From contig CAYJKV010000002.1 in the NCBI GenBank assembly GCA_964371255.1, positions 2,553 to 66,552 on the forward strand: a stretch of 64,000 nt of DNA, given 5' to 3'. This document shows positions 9,589-19,594 of this stretch, in pieces. Within the stretch, counting starts at the first letter, position 1. Every line of letters starts with the position of its first letter. This DNA is from an uncultured Candidatus Saccharibacteria bacterium (GTDB lineage Bacteria; Patescibacteriota; Andersenbacteria; UBA10190). Made by a program: the position numbers and the translations under genes. The notes beneath the pieces were generated by a model. The model was not told where the DNA came from, made no database searches, and saw nothing but the letters and a program-made list of their open reading frames with translations.

Positions 9589-11114
9589 TATTTCTTTCTG
9601 TTATCAGGTGTCCCCAGAAAATGAAAGTAGCCAAGAAAAGGGTCATCTGCTGAACCAAGCTGCTCGTAATGCCCACGCACTGCTTTCGTAGCAGTGCTGA
9701 AATGTCCGTTCTCTACGGTAGTAGGCTGGTCAACGCCTAGACGCCTTAATAAAATCCTCTGAGCTTCTTGGCTGGGTTTATAGTTAGGTAGCACGGTATG
9801 GTCTTCTAGGTCATATTCCCGCTGATGCTTGGCAAGCTCTTTAGGTGTTAGATACCGCAATACATCATTACCGTCTACATCAAATATTCTGCCGCCGCCT
9901 TTCTTAAATCGTTTATCAAAATACCACAAAGACATCCGGGATATTGGTTCTTTTATTTTCTTAATCTGTTCAGTCAGGCTTCTGAAATAATCGGCGTCTT
10001 CGGTTAGCCCAGCATCTTCTATTTGAGTGGTAGCGGTTTCCAAATGTCCGACAAACTCCTCTTTGACTTTTTCATAGCCTTCTCTGGTTGCCTCAAGCGC
10101 TTGGTAGCCAACAGGAGGTTCCTGCACCTGTTCGTGTTGAGTTGATTCGAGTTTTTTCTCAAATGGTCCAGACTTTCCCAGAACATCCGATTCAATCTGC
10201 TGATGAAGCTTTTCCACCTCTTCATCAAGCGCCTGCTTTTCTGCGTTCAGATTCGGGTCCATAGCAGCCGATGGTGAGCTGCTTAACTGACGGAGTAAGT
10301 CCGCCTGTTTCTCTTTGAGTTTCCTAAACTCCGAAAAAGAGGGATGACTCTCAAACTTCTGGTGATATCCCTCAAAAAAGCTGTCCAAGTTTTGGCGAAA
10401 ATTACCAAACTCATCATTACCTGATGAGCGGTTAATATTGGCTCCTACCATCGCTTGGGCGTACATTGGGGCAGCATCTTTATAGTAGTTCTGAAACAAT
10501 TTTTCACTTAGCTCATTTACCTTTTTACTAAAATCTTCAGAGTCATTACCCAGCTTATCAAGTTGCGACATGACCTTTTCTACACGAAATTCAGCTTGTT
10601 CTCGATTGCCATATTGCGCCTCAAAAACAGACATAACAATCTCCCGCATTTCTGGGTTCTCTTTCAGCACATCGCCTGTGTGAACATACTCCCACATAAT
10701 TTCCTGCGCCCGCTGGTCGAAAAACGGCTTGTGTAAAGTCCGAGCCACAGCTTCCATATCCCTATTTATTGCTTCGGCACTGGATTGAATCTCTTTTTTC
10801 TGATCTTGTCCTAATCCTTCCATCATTTGTCTCTGTCGATCCCCTAAGTTACGGATCACATTTTGTTGTTGTTCGGTTGCGTTTTGAAAAAACTCTGCTT
10901 GCTTGTCCGCCAAGTCTTCTACTGATTTTCGCTGGTCCTCAGGAAAACTGGCTAAAATATCCTCTGGTTTTTCCTCATTTACAATTTTACCTGTTTGTTC
11001 GGCAGAGGACCGAAAAGGCAAGCCGTCTGAGGCAGCCGCACCATCATTATTAGTGGGCTGTTTAGGTTCTTCGTCAGGTGGAAGCGAAAAGCGATTCTCA
11101 AAGGGGTTAGGCAT
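9588..11114 (-). CDS. Hypothetical coiled-coil protein, 508 aa
   Basis: Long Q/E/K-rich ORF; no family recognised. Confidence 0.82.
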   Translation of the reverse strand: MPNPFENRFSLPPDEEPKQPTNNDGAAASDGLPFRSSAEQTGKIVNEEKPEDILASFPEDQRKSVEDLADKQAEFFQNATEQQQNVIRNLGDRQRQMMEGLGQDQKKEIQSSAEAINRDMEAVARTLHKPFFDQRAQEIMWEYVHTGDVLKENPEMREIVMSVFEAQYGNREQAEFRVEKVMSQLDKLGNDSEDFSKKVNELSEKLFQNYYKDAAPMYAQAMVGANINRSSGNDEFGNFRQNLDSFFEGYHQKFESHPSFSEFRKLKEKQADLLRQLSSSPSAAMDPNLNAEKQALDEEVEKLHQQIESDVLGKSGPFEKKLESTQHEQVQEPPVGYQALEATREGYEKVKEEFVGHLETATTQIEDAGLTEDADYFRSLTEQIKKIKEPISRMSLWYFDKRFKKGGGRIFDVDGNDVLRYLTPKELAKHQREYDLEDHTVLPNYKPSQEAQRILLRRLGVDQPTTVENGHFSTATKAVRGHYEQLGSADDPFLGYFHFLGTPDNRKK

Positions 11115-11641
11115 AGTAATTCATTCAAGCGTATCACGGACACTGCCAGCTTCTCAACTTATTCTTTGCTCTGATGCTACAGTTTTTGAGATGCAATTCC
11201 TGCCGTGAGTAGTGAGGGTCAAGGTGAGGGCAAGGTGACAGGTATTTATATGTATTTATCAGCTCTACTTCGCCGTACGGCATTCCATTAGCTTATTTGG
11301 TAAGCTCAACCTGTCGTTTCGCTCGCCTTCCGGCTAAATCGGTTATGAATACATTAACTAAAAATCTTCGCGGTTGTCTTTTTCTTTTGTGCCGAATTCG
11401 CCAATTCACGTGGCGAACTGAGGCTACCTTGCGGTGAGGGAGCAGGAAAATTACGAAGTAATTTTCCGATGAGGGAGAGGATTCCTTCTCTCTCATAGTC
11501 AGAGCGGGTGGCCGTACTTTGCTCGAACCTGCCGCTACCACTTTGGTTTTTTCTTAACTTATACAGTCTTATTACTCCTGATCTTATTTTAAAACTTAAT
11601 TTGTTAAAAGTCAGAATGGATATTCCGAGTTTTAAAAAGCT

Positions 11642-11995
11642 TTACAGTAACTCAAAGTGAATCCCTAATACACCATATTTTAGTTCTTCTTCCGAGTAAT
11701 AATTCCTCATTTGATTTATCATTGACTCCAAATCCAGAACTTTTTCCCACCCGCAAGCTATTAGGTCAAGAGATCTTAATAAATCTCCAAAACTATTAAA
11801 ACGAGAAAGTCCGATTACTTTTACCTTTAGCGTATTGCTTGGATTGTCTATCTCTGAAAAAACAATAGTATCACCTAAATTTATTGACTGTCTTTTTTCA
11901 TCAAATAATCTCAGTTCTATCTTCTTCGTTCCCTCCTTGGTCTTTTTAAAAGGTTCAAGCTTCAATTTCATCTTAATTACTTTTGAATCAGTCAT
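11642..11995 (-). CDS. ASCH domain protein
   Basis: MKLKLEPF..TKEGTKKIELRLFDEKRQSINLGDTIVF (GxKxxExR) and C-terminal YGVLGIHF. Confidence 0.85.
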   Translation of the reverse strand: MTDSKVIKMKLKLEPFKKTKEGTKKIELRLFDEKRQSINLGDTIVFSEIDNPSNTLKVKVIGLSRFNSFGDLLRSLDLIACGWEKVLDLESMINQMRNYYSEEELKYGVLGIHFELL

Positions 11996-12058
11996 AATTG
12001 TCAATTTATGTAATTTCCTAGTAACTTTCTATCCATTTATAGCGACTTCTGTCACATC

Positions 12059-12132
12059 TGGAGCGGGTAACGGGAATCGAACCCGTATCTCAGCCTTGGG
12101 AAGGCTGCGTTCTGCCACTGAACCATACCCGC
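12059..12132 (-). tRNA. tRNA-Gly(CCC), CCA encoded
   Basis: GCGGGTATGGTTCAGTGGCAGAACGCAGCC-TTCCCAA-GGCTGAGATACGGGTTCGATTCCCGTTACCCGCTCCA. Confidence 0.96.
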
Positions 12133-12302
12133 TTTACCCTACCGTTCTTTGTAATGTCTTTACCTTTATCTGTCCACAATCAGTTTTGCAACGAGAAATA
12201 ACTGAACGTTTCTGTCTTTTCTTCGTTGTAGCCGCGTAGAATTACAGAGCAATCACACTGCACAAGCTGGATCATTAGTGATTGAAGTGTTAAACGCGTT
12301 GT

Positions 12303-12425
12303 TTGAAAATTAAATACTTGATCCTTCTTTGAAAATTGACCTTTGAAAATTGAAAATTCAACCTTGGCTTGGTCCTTGGGGTTTAAGGTTTGATTGAGAT
12401 TTGGGCATTGGTCATTGGGATTTAG
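12303..12425. repeat. TTGAAAATT repeats (x4) plus heptamer-period TTGGTCA/TTGGGCA repeats
   Basis: TTGAAAATT at 12303, 12329, 12343, 12350; CATTGGTCATTGGGA at 12406 is shared with 33747. Confidence 0.7.
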
Positions 12426-12433
12426 TCTACTCC

Positions 12434-13012
12434 TTACTTTTGTTTCACTTCGGCGGTCTCTTTATCCCATACCAGCCCCCGTGGCAGTACCCATATTTTT
12501 CTCTCTTGGGCTAGTTGGGAAAACATTTCCTCCAGACTGGCACTTTTTTTTCTTTGCCGTAACACCTCTTGCTTGAGCAGTGGCAATATAACCAGCTTGT
12601 CATAATCGTCCAACGACAAACCAGTTGCCTCCACAATCTTTGCTTCGTCCTTCGCCTGCAATACTTCTTCTCGATAACGTCTGGCGTTACCTAAGGTGAT
12701 CGGTGAATCCCCTAGCGCTTTATCGACTAAGTGTTGTCGCGCTAAAGTAGTTAATGCCTCCTCGGGTGTCGGCGCGTTTTGTCCCGTCTCCCTGGCAAAT
12801 ACGCCACGGGCGCGATAATGTTTATGCCAACCGCTGGTGGTCACACAGCCTCTCGTTGAACAAATTACAGGCCATAAACCTGACTCGCTCAAGCTGTGCT
12901 GATAAATATTGCGATTCACCATTATTGAGATCCATAGTATCGTCCACAACAACACTGGACTCAACAAAATTATAATAAAAATTCCTACCACTTTTCTTTT
13001 GGACAAAGCCAT
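12434..13012 (-). CDS. Membrane-anchored hypothetical protein, possibly SurA N-terminal-like
   Basis: One N-terminal TM followed by a helical domain; the SurA-like call is tentative. Confidence 0.6.
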   Translation of the reverse strand: MALSKRKVVGIFIIILLSPVLLWTILWISIMVNRNIYQHSLSESGLWPVICSTRGCVTTSGWHKHYRARGVFARETGQNAPTPEEALTTLARQHLVDKALGDSPITLGNARRYREEVLQAKDEAKIVEATGLSLDDYDKLVILPLLKQEVLRQRKKSASLEEMFSQLAQERKIWVLPRGLVWDKETAEVKQK

Positions 13013-13054
13013 ACCTTTATCTTAACGGCTTTGCCTTCTTTTCCACAAATCCAG

Positions 13055-13426
13055 CTATTTTATTGGTTTAGTGAAAAAAGCGTCCCACCACCTCTTTGGG
13101 ATGGATCGGTTATCTATTGCCTCGCCTTCCTCACTTTCATCCCGCACCGCTTCGGTTTCCGGTATTAACACCACCTTTTCTCCCGCAGCGCGGTAATTGA
13201 GTTTTTCTCGGGCCATCAACTCGGCAAAATCATCCGTTTTAAAATATTGGTTGAGGTTTTCCATCTGGATTAAGTTCTTCTCCAATTTATTTGCTTCACT
13301 TTCTAGGCGAACGATTTCTCTTTGCACGGACAAGCGTCGGTTCATTTCCTGGACCAGAGAAAAAATAATTAAGACAGCCACAATACCGGCGGCGGCTAAT
13401 CCCAGTTTTAGCCACCCGGCTTTCAT
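13055..13426 (-). CDS. Septum formation initiator (FtsB/DivIC family)
   Basis: TM + coiled coil + ELMAREKLNYRAAGEKVVLI. Confidence 0.85.
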   Translation of the reverse strand: MKAGWLKLGLAAAGIVAVLIIFSLVQEMNRRLSVQREIVRLESEANKLEKNLIQMENLNQYFKTDDFAELMAREKLNYRAAGEKVVLIPETEAVRDESEEGEAIDNRSIPKRWWDAFFTKPIK

Positions 13427-14475
13427 TGTGGTTTAGGGCTAACGCTTAATTCCAGGCTTTCCTCTCTGTTGCCCCGATTTACGGTCAAAGACCTGATTGG
13501 TTGTTCGGCCATCAGACCCACCACGCTTCTATCCCAGCTCAATTGATGACCGTTGATCCCAGTAATAACATCTTGCGTTTTTAGTCCTGCTAACGCGGCT
13601 GGCGTATCTGCTTCCACGCCTGTCACTTGCGCGACAAATTTCCTGCCGGTTGTCCCTCCGGTTTCTAAGCCATAGTGTAATGTGACCCCAAAATCCCGCA
13701 ACGGATCTGTCTCTCTTTGGCCTTGCGCCAGCCGTTGCAAACTAATCAACACATCATCGGCGGTAATGGCTAACCCGGCCGGCCCATTCATTATTAATCC
13801 TGCCAGTCGGCCATCATCATCGACCAAAGCACTGCTTGTTGCGGTTGGATCACCCAAGGCCGTCCCCCGCCACACTCTCTGGATACCCTGAGGACTTATC
13901 TCTGGTGGTAACACCCATTCCTTTAACTGCCACTTATCAACCTGTGGTAAGGATGTCAATCGCGCCCGGCTCAATACCAATAACTCGCTGCCGGCAGTCA
14001 ATGAGTCCTTGCGTACATCTAACGGCCCCACCACTCCTTCCTTAAATTTCAAATAGGTTAATCCGTATAGTTCATCCTCGCCGACTCGGCTGAGAGGTGC
14101 TTCCATGCCTAAATAATCAATGGCGGTTAGGTCAGTCTTCGGCAAGCTGGCGCTGGTTACAATCAATCCGTCATTCGTCACCACCACTCCATTGGCTATA
14201 ACTGATTTATTCGTTACGTCAATAATACTGACAATAGATTTATCCGCTTTCTCCACAATCTCCTTGGCTGCTTTATTTGGAGAAATAGTCACTTCCTGCA
14301 CGGTTGTCGTGATTAATTCCTGGCCGTCTGTCAGTGGCATCACTGTCGGGGACCATACTAGGTTCACTAACACTCCGCCGCCCATCCCCAACAACACCAT
14401 GACGCCCGCTCCTAGTAACAACCATAACAGTGATACTTGCACGACCCGCTTATTTGGTTGGGTTTGATCATCCAT
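13423..14475 (-). CDS. HtrA-like trypsin-fold + PDZ protein lacking catalytic His/Ser
   Basis: GVVVTNDGLIVTSAS (no His); ATSSALVDDDGRLAG in place of GNSGGPL; PDZ motif TPAALAGLKTQDVITGING. Confidence 0.75.
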   Translation of the reverse strand: MDDQTQPNKRVVQVSLLWLLLGAGVMVLLGMGGGVLVNLVWSPTVMPLTDGQELITTTVQEVTISPNKAAKEIVEKADKSIVSIIDVTNKSVIANGVVVTNDGLIVTSASLPKTDLTAIDYLGMEAPLSRVGEDELYGLTYLKFKEGVVGPLDVRKDSLTAGSELLVLSRARLTSLPQVDKWQLKEWVLPPEISPQGIQRVWRGTALGDPTATSSALVDDDGRLAGLIMNGPAGLAITADDVLISLQRLAQGQRETDPLRDFGVTLHYGLETGGTTGRKFVAQVTGVEADTPAALAGLKTQDVITGINGHQLSWDRSVVGLMAEQPIRSLTVNRGNREESLELSVSPKPQ

Positions 14476-14535
14476 ACTTATACGTATTTTACTTAACTAC
14501 AAAAGAAAGTTTAACGCCAATTGCTTGTTTATTAT

Positions 14536-15330
14536 TTATATCCACTGCGCGCTCAATAAGATAATGGCCACCGCCACCACTCCTACTATCCCATATTCCA
14601 AGTAGTCCCGCTTCGTTATTTTTCTGGTAATGCTCAGTCCCAATAAATTAAACATGACATAGTAGCCCGAGGTAATGAGTCCGGCCTGAATTAAATAATG
14701 GACAGGCAAAAACTGCATCACCCAAACCAGCTGCGTGAGGACAAAAGCCATCACCGCTACGGGCAGCATAATCACTGACCCGCTGGCCAGCCTGCGCAAC
14801 GCTTGCCACGCCAGCAGAGCTGTTACTACAAAAACCATGAATAACAAGAATATAATCGGCAAATACAAATGGAAACGCAAGCCCAGGATGAACGCAATGT
14901 TTAAAAAATATATTAGCAAAGAAATGATCCAATTCCAGATTGGGTAAGCTTGCCGGGCCCCGTGTTTGAGAATAAAGAATAAAACAGCGCCGGCCGCGGC
15001 GATGTACAAATGCAAAATGAATGATGTTGGCAGCAAAAAAGCGAACCCGCACAAGCCGATCGCTGCGAATAGCGGTAGCAGCACGTTCGACAACGTAAAC
15101 TTACCTGACTCTTCAATACGCACTAAGACCACCCCGATCATTACAACCACCAGGACAACCTGGGCTACCAGCACCACCCATTGTTGCAAGGCGAAAATCA
15201 ATTCCAATCCGACGATAAATAAAAGTGCCAGCAAAGCATAGTGCGATGACGGGAAGAGCCGCTTTACGAACAGTAATGCTCTGATTAGATATTTAATGAC
15301 AAAAGTTGTCGTTTGTTTTATCAGCTTCAT
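14536..15330 (-). CDS. Polytopic membrane protein of unknown function
   Basis: About 8-9 hydrophobic segments. Confidence 0.75.
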   Translation of the reverse strand: MKLIKQTTTFVIKYLIRALLFVKRLFPSSHYALLALLFIVGLELIFALQQWVVLVAQVVLVVVMIGVVLVRIEESGKFTLSNVLLPLFAAIGLCGFAFLLPTSFILHLYIAAAGAVLFFILKHGARQAYPIWNWIISLLIYFLNIAFILGLRFHLYLPIIFLLFMVFVVTALLAWQALRRLASGSVIMLPVAVMAFVLTQLVWVMQFLPVHYLIQAGLITSGYYVMFNLLGLSITRKITKRDYLEYGIVGVVAVAIILLSAQWI

Positions 15331-15427
15331 ATTTCAAATGCGGACTTTACCACAACTGCACTGCTCTGACAAGGTTCGTTATAGTAGCTGGCCCACTCCC
15401 GGATCAAGCAAGCTAGTTAATCGTCCG

Positions 15428-16345
15428 TCACTGGTTTCGGGCCAGATAATCACTGACTGACAGAGCCGCCGAGCACCCATGTCCGGCCGCTACAATAATT
15501 TGCGCATCCCGGGTATTAGTCACATCCCCGGCTGCAAAAAATCCTGCCTGATCGGTTCGTCCGTAACGATCTGCCACTATCGCGCCCCACTCATCTAGTT
15601 TTACTAACCCTTTCACTGGTTCGGTATTAGGAATCGCACCGATTGTTACAAATACACCATCGACTGGTAATGACTTTACTTCGCCAGCTGCCAAATCCTC
15701 ATACTCCAATCCCTGCACGACCTTATCACCAACAATCCTAACTGTTTTAGCACTGACAATCACCTCGGTCTTTTTATTGCTAGCAATATTATCTAAAAGC
15801 ACCGGATCAGCCGGGAGCTTATCTCCCAGGTGTAACAAGTAAATCTTTTTCGCGATGCCTTGCAATGCTATCACTGCTTCCGTGCCGGTGTTACCCCCAC
15901 CCACCACCGCTACCGTCTTGTCGTTAAATAGTGGTGCATCGCAGGTCGCGCAATAGCTTACGCCCAAATTAGCATATTCCTTTTCACCTGGTACGCCCAA
16001 TTTACGGGGATGCCTGCCCGCAGCGTATATGATCGCTTTCGCCTGGCTGGTTTTATTGTCACCATAATTAAGGACGAACAGCGCACCCTCTTTACTAATC
16101 TTCAGTACTTTGCTCTGCACGATCTCTACCTCCTGCCGATGTTGCTGTAAGTGCTTAACCATTTCCTGCGCCAGCGTTATCCCGTCAGTCGTCTCAACCC
16201 CCGGCCAATTCTCAATCACGCCCGAATTCAGTACTTCACCACCGGGGACCTCCCCAACCAACAAAATCTTAAATTTTCTGCGAGCGGCATAAATGGCAGC
16301 CGTTATACCGGCCGGGCCGTAGCCGACAATTGCCAGGTCATACAT
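15428..16345 (-). CDS. trxB: Thioredoxin-disulfide reductase
   Basis: GYGPAGITAAIY, SYCATCD, VVGGGN, FAAGDVT; start set at MYDL (16345). Confidence 0.92.
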   Translation of the reverse strand: MYDLAIVGYGPAGITAAIYAARRKFKILLVGEVPGGEVLNSGVIENWPGVETTDGITLAQEMVKHLQQHRQEVEIVQSKVLKISKEGALFVLNYGDNKTSQAKAIIYAAGRHPRKLGVPGEKEYANLGVSYCATCDAPLFNDKTVAVVGGGNTGTEAVIALQGIAKKIYLLHLGDKLPADPVLLDNIASNKKTEVIVSAKTVRIVGDKVVQGLEYEDLAAGEVKSLPVDGVFVTIGAIPNTEPVKGLVKLDEWGAIVADRYGRTDQAGFFAAGDVTNTRDAQIIVAAGHGCSAALSVSDYLARNQ

Positions 16346-16358
16346 ACTTTGATACGGA

Positions 16359-16607
16359 CTAATTTTTAATCGCTTGTTCAATCCGTGCCTGATCAAAACC
16401 TACAATTACTTCCGCGTCCGCCCCTTCACCAACCACTATAACAGGCACTCCCATTTGCCCTGACTTCTCAATCATCTCTCTCGCCTTAACCTGGTCTTCC
16501 CCTACGTCGATTTCTGTGTATGATATATTGTTAGCACTAAAGTATGCTTTCGCAGCTTTACAAAACCCGCAGGTTTTGGTGCTATACATAGTAATTGATT
16601 TATTCAT
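16359..16607 (-). CDS. Glutaredoxin-like (NrdH/YruB) protein
   Basis: CGFC, SGQMGVPVI, IVGFD. Confidence 0.92.
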   Translation of the reverse strand: MNKSITMYSTKTCGFCKAAKAYFSANNISYTEIDVGEDQVKAREMIEKSGQMGVPVIVVGEGADAEVIVGFDQARIEQAIKN

Positions 16608-16673
16608 AATTGTGTTTAATTAATAACTGCCCAGGCAGTATAGCAAAACCTGCTTCGGCTAACCAGAGAACAA

Positions 16674-17972
16674 ATGACAAAAAACAATAAAACTGTCGCC
16701 GTTATCGGCCTTGGCTACGTCGGCTTACCGTTAGCAGTTCTCGCTCGGGAGAATGGCTGGTCTGTCCTGGGTGTCGATATCAATGAGCCAAAGGTCAAGT
16801 TGATACAAGCGGGTAAAGTCCCCTTCCATGATCCCGAACTTTCAAAGTCCCTCAAGAAATATCCCATTAAGGCTGGCACAGATTTTAGTGTAATAGCCAA
16901 CGCCCATATTATTATTATTGCTGTTCCCACTCCTGTTAATGCCAGTAACCATCCCGACCTCACTCCGCTTACCTCGGCGATAGACAATATTAAGCCTTAC
17001 CTTAAAAAGGGCCAGACGATAGTGGTAGAATCAACTGTTAATCCTGGTGTCATGGACGAAGTAATCACTCCGCTGCTTAAGGACGTGCCAGCGGTTCACT
17101 TAGTTCACTGTCCGGAACGCATTAATCCCGGCGATGCCAAGTGGTCGGTGCGCAACATTCCGCGTGTGCTGGGCGGCTATACCAAGATTGGCGTCAATAA
17201 CGCCAAGCAATTCTATACCAGTGTTCTGGAAGCGCCCATTAAAATCATGGCCTCGCCCACCGAAGCGGAAGCCGTCAAAATCATGGAAAACACCTTCCGC
17301 GATATTAATATCGCTTACATCAATGAAATGGCCCGTTCGTTTGCCGTGCTGGGTATTGACATTACCAACGTCATCGCCGGGGCTGCCACTAAGCCATTCG
17401 CCTTTATGCCGCATTATCCCGGGAACGGTGTGGGTGGACACTGCATTAGTGTTGATCCTTATTACATGATTGAGCGTGCCAAGCAGGTTGGGTTTGACCA
17501 TAAATTCCTTAAACTGGCACGCCGTATAAATGATGGCATGACCTCCTATATGGTGGACCTGCTGCTCAAAGGCGCACAGCAGGCCAAACTGCCCGCTCAA
17601 CAGTTAAAAGTCGGACTACTGGGCTTAGCATATAAAAAGAACGTCTCTGACATTCGCAATAGTCCTGCCATCAGGACGCTAGCGCAGTTAAAAAATCAAG
17701 GTATTGCCGTTCAAACTTTCGATCCGTTTATTCCCAAACGTTCGGACTTACTATCTCTCTCTGATGTGCTAGCCCAGTCTAACGCCCTTATGCTCACGTG
17801 CGACCACACAAAAATGGTCCAGGAGCTGACCCCGCAACGCTTAAAGTCTGCCGGTATTAAGATTGTGATCGATGGACGAAACGCTCTAAACATGCCCGGT
17901 ATCGTACGGGCGGGCATCGTCTATTATGGTATTGGTAAAATGCCCCGGCCGCTATCTGCGCCTAGCCGTTAA
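16674..17972 (+). CDS. Nucleotide-sugar (UDP-GlcNAc/ManNAc) dehydrogenase
   Basis: IGLGYVGLPLA, IAVPTP, VESTVNPG, PERINPG, GVGGHCI. Confidence 0.92.
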   Translation: MTKNNKTVAVIGLGYVGLPLAVLARENGWSVLGVDINEPKVKLIQAGKVPFHDPELSKSLKKYPIKAGTDFSVIANAHIIIIAVPTPVNASNHPDLTPLTSAIDNIKPYLKKGQTIVVESTVNPGVMDEVITPLLKDVPAVHLVHCPERINPGDAKWSVRNIPRVLGGYTKIGVNNAKQFYTSVLEAPIKIMASPTEAEAVKIMENTFRDINIAYINEMARSFAVLGIDITNVIAGAATKPFAFMPHYPGNGVGGHCISVDPYYMIERAKQVGFDHKFLKLARRINDGMTSYMVDLLLKGAQQAKLPAQQLKVGLLGLAYKKNVSDIRNSPAIRTLAQLKNQGIAVQTFDPFIPKRSDLLSLSDVLAQSNALMLTCDHTKMVQELTPQRLKSAGIKIVIDGRNALNMPGIVRAGIVYYGIGKMPRPLSAPSR

Positions 17973-17983
17973 ACACTGACGCG

Positions 17984-18496
17984 TTATTTGTTTTCCAGAC
18001 TTTCCGTTACCCCGGGTTCATTATTGCTAACCGGCGGCGGGGTCGGTGTTTGAGCTACTGGTGGCGCGGCTGACACTATATCATTTGCTGGTGGCGCTTG
18101 CGTGACTAATGCATCGTCCTCACTGACCATCTCCGCGCTTTCCCGGTTGTCCTCTCCCGCCTCGTCAGGCCTGTTCTCTGTTGCCGCTGCTTCATTAACC
18201 GACTCCCGCGCTTGCTCCGCTACCATTTCACGGGTCGCACCGACAATATCGCGGGCGGCTTCTTTAAATTCTTCCAGTGGTGTTTTGGGTGGCTGACTCT
18301 CCTGCCCGGCTTCGCTTCTTTGTTTTTTATAATTGCGATACCCTCCCCAAATCACGCCGATCAAAAAGACCGGAAACCATAATAAGGTTATATATCGCGA
18401 CATTATAAATAAGAGGAATAGTACAAAACCCGCGATTAGTCCGTACATCAAACCCCAGTACATTATTGGGTAAATATTTGGTTTAAATTCTGCCAT
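17984..18496 (-). CDS. Hypothetical 2-TM protein with a disordered C-terminus
   Basis: Two hydrophobic segments, then an acidic/Pro-rich tail. Confidence 0.75.
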   Translation of the reverse strand: MAEFKPNIYPIMYWGLMYGLIAGFVLFLLFIMSRYITLLWFPVFLIGVIWGGYRNYKKQRSEAGQESQPPKTPLEEFKEAARDIVGATREMVAEQARESVNEAAATENRPDEAGEDNRESAEMVSEDDALVTQAPPANDIVSAAPPVAQTPTPPPVSNNEPGVTESLENK

Positions 18497-18625
18497 AGTG
18501 ATGTGCTTTTTAGCGGCCTTAATTAATAAAAATACTTAAATTACGCGACTTTTGTTATTTGCAACCAATATACCAAACAACCCATAAAAACAAAATGATC
18601 TCCGCTTATTATATATTTCTGTTCC

Positions 18626-19513
18626 TTACTTTCTTTCCAGTAAAGTCCGTGCGTCGCTCATGCTGTCCCATTCGCTCGGCGCGCCCAGGACAATTGCAAT
18701 CAAATCATGATCGGCTGCCTTGCGTACTGCCAAGCAGAAGCCGGCTTCGTACAGGTAGCCGGTCTTACTACCCGCTAACTCATAGCCATAATCCACCATT
18801 AAATTGTTAGTATTGACTATAGTATGTTCGCGGCCGCTGCCGCCGACGATATACTGGTACTTTATCTTGCTTGTGATCTCCGCGATAATCGGGTAATCAC
18901 GCCAAGCTGATTCCGCTATTTTTGCCATCTCATAAGCCGTGGAGATATTGTGAAAATCCAACCCTGTCAGCTCGACAAACTCAGTCTGTTCTAAGCCCAG
19001 TTCAATCGCCTTTCGGTTCATCGCTCGGATAAACTCCGCTTCGTCCACACCCGTTCCTCTGACCAAAGCGAGGGTCGCGTTGTTCGCGGAACCCATTAAA
19101 GAAGCATGTAACAGATCACGCATCGTCACGCTTTCGCCCGGTGCCAACACCAACCGGCCGCCAATCCGATATTCTTCCGGCAAGATTGTCATTGCCTGAT
19201 CTAAATCAACCCCAAAATCCAAAGCTACCATTGCCGTCATTAATTTTGTTAAACTGGCAATCGGTCTCCTTTCAAAGCCATTCACCTCATATTTAATTAC
19301 CTGCGCTTCACTGTCCCACAGCAGCGCGCTGGCCGACTCGACCACGTCGCTATTTCCTTCCGTCCGCACGTCATTAAGGCCAATATCAAAATTTGTCTGG
19401 TTTACCCGTTCCTCACTTTTTATTAACCGAGGCCCCAGTGCCGCCACCGTACCGGCCAATGCCCCGCCTAGCATCAAACAAACTCCGCCTAAAATTAATG
19501 TGCTTTTTTTCAT
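18626..19513 (-). CDS. D-alanyl-D-alanine carboxypeptidase/endopeptidase (peptidase S11)
   Basis: SxxK (ASLTKLMTA), SxN (SANNA), KTG. Confidence 0.92.
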   Translation of the reverse strand: MKKSTLILGGVCLMLGGALAGTVAALGPRLIKSEERVNQTNFDIGLNDVRTEGNSDVVESASALLWDSEAQVIKYEVNGFERRPIASLTKLMTAMVALDFGVDLDQAMTILPEEYRIGGRLVLAPGESVTMRDLLHASLMGSANNATLALVRGTGVDEAEFIRAMNRKAIELGLEQTEFVELTGLDFHNISTAYEMAKIAESAWRDYPIIAEITSKIKYQYIVGGSGREHTIVNTNNLMVDYGYELAGSKTGYLYEAGFCLAVRKAADHDLIAIVLGAPSEWDSMSDARTLLERK

Positions 19514-19594
19514 CTCGCTGTTTAACTATCTACAATGCTAATATATTTCAATTTACCTGCTAATAGCCTAAAGTTATCATCACAAGCATCCCCT

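Noticed and set aside
11490-11540. CTCATAG...GCCGCTACCA as a plus-strand tRNA-Met or group I intron remnant
   Set aside because: There is no acceptor or D-arm partner and no convincing T-arm or intron core; the same bases fit a decayed tRNA-Gly 3' copy at least as well.
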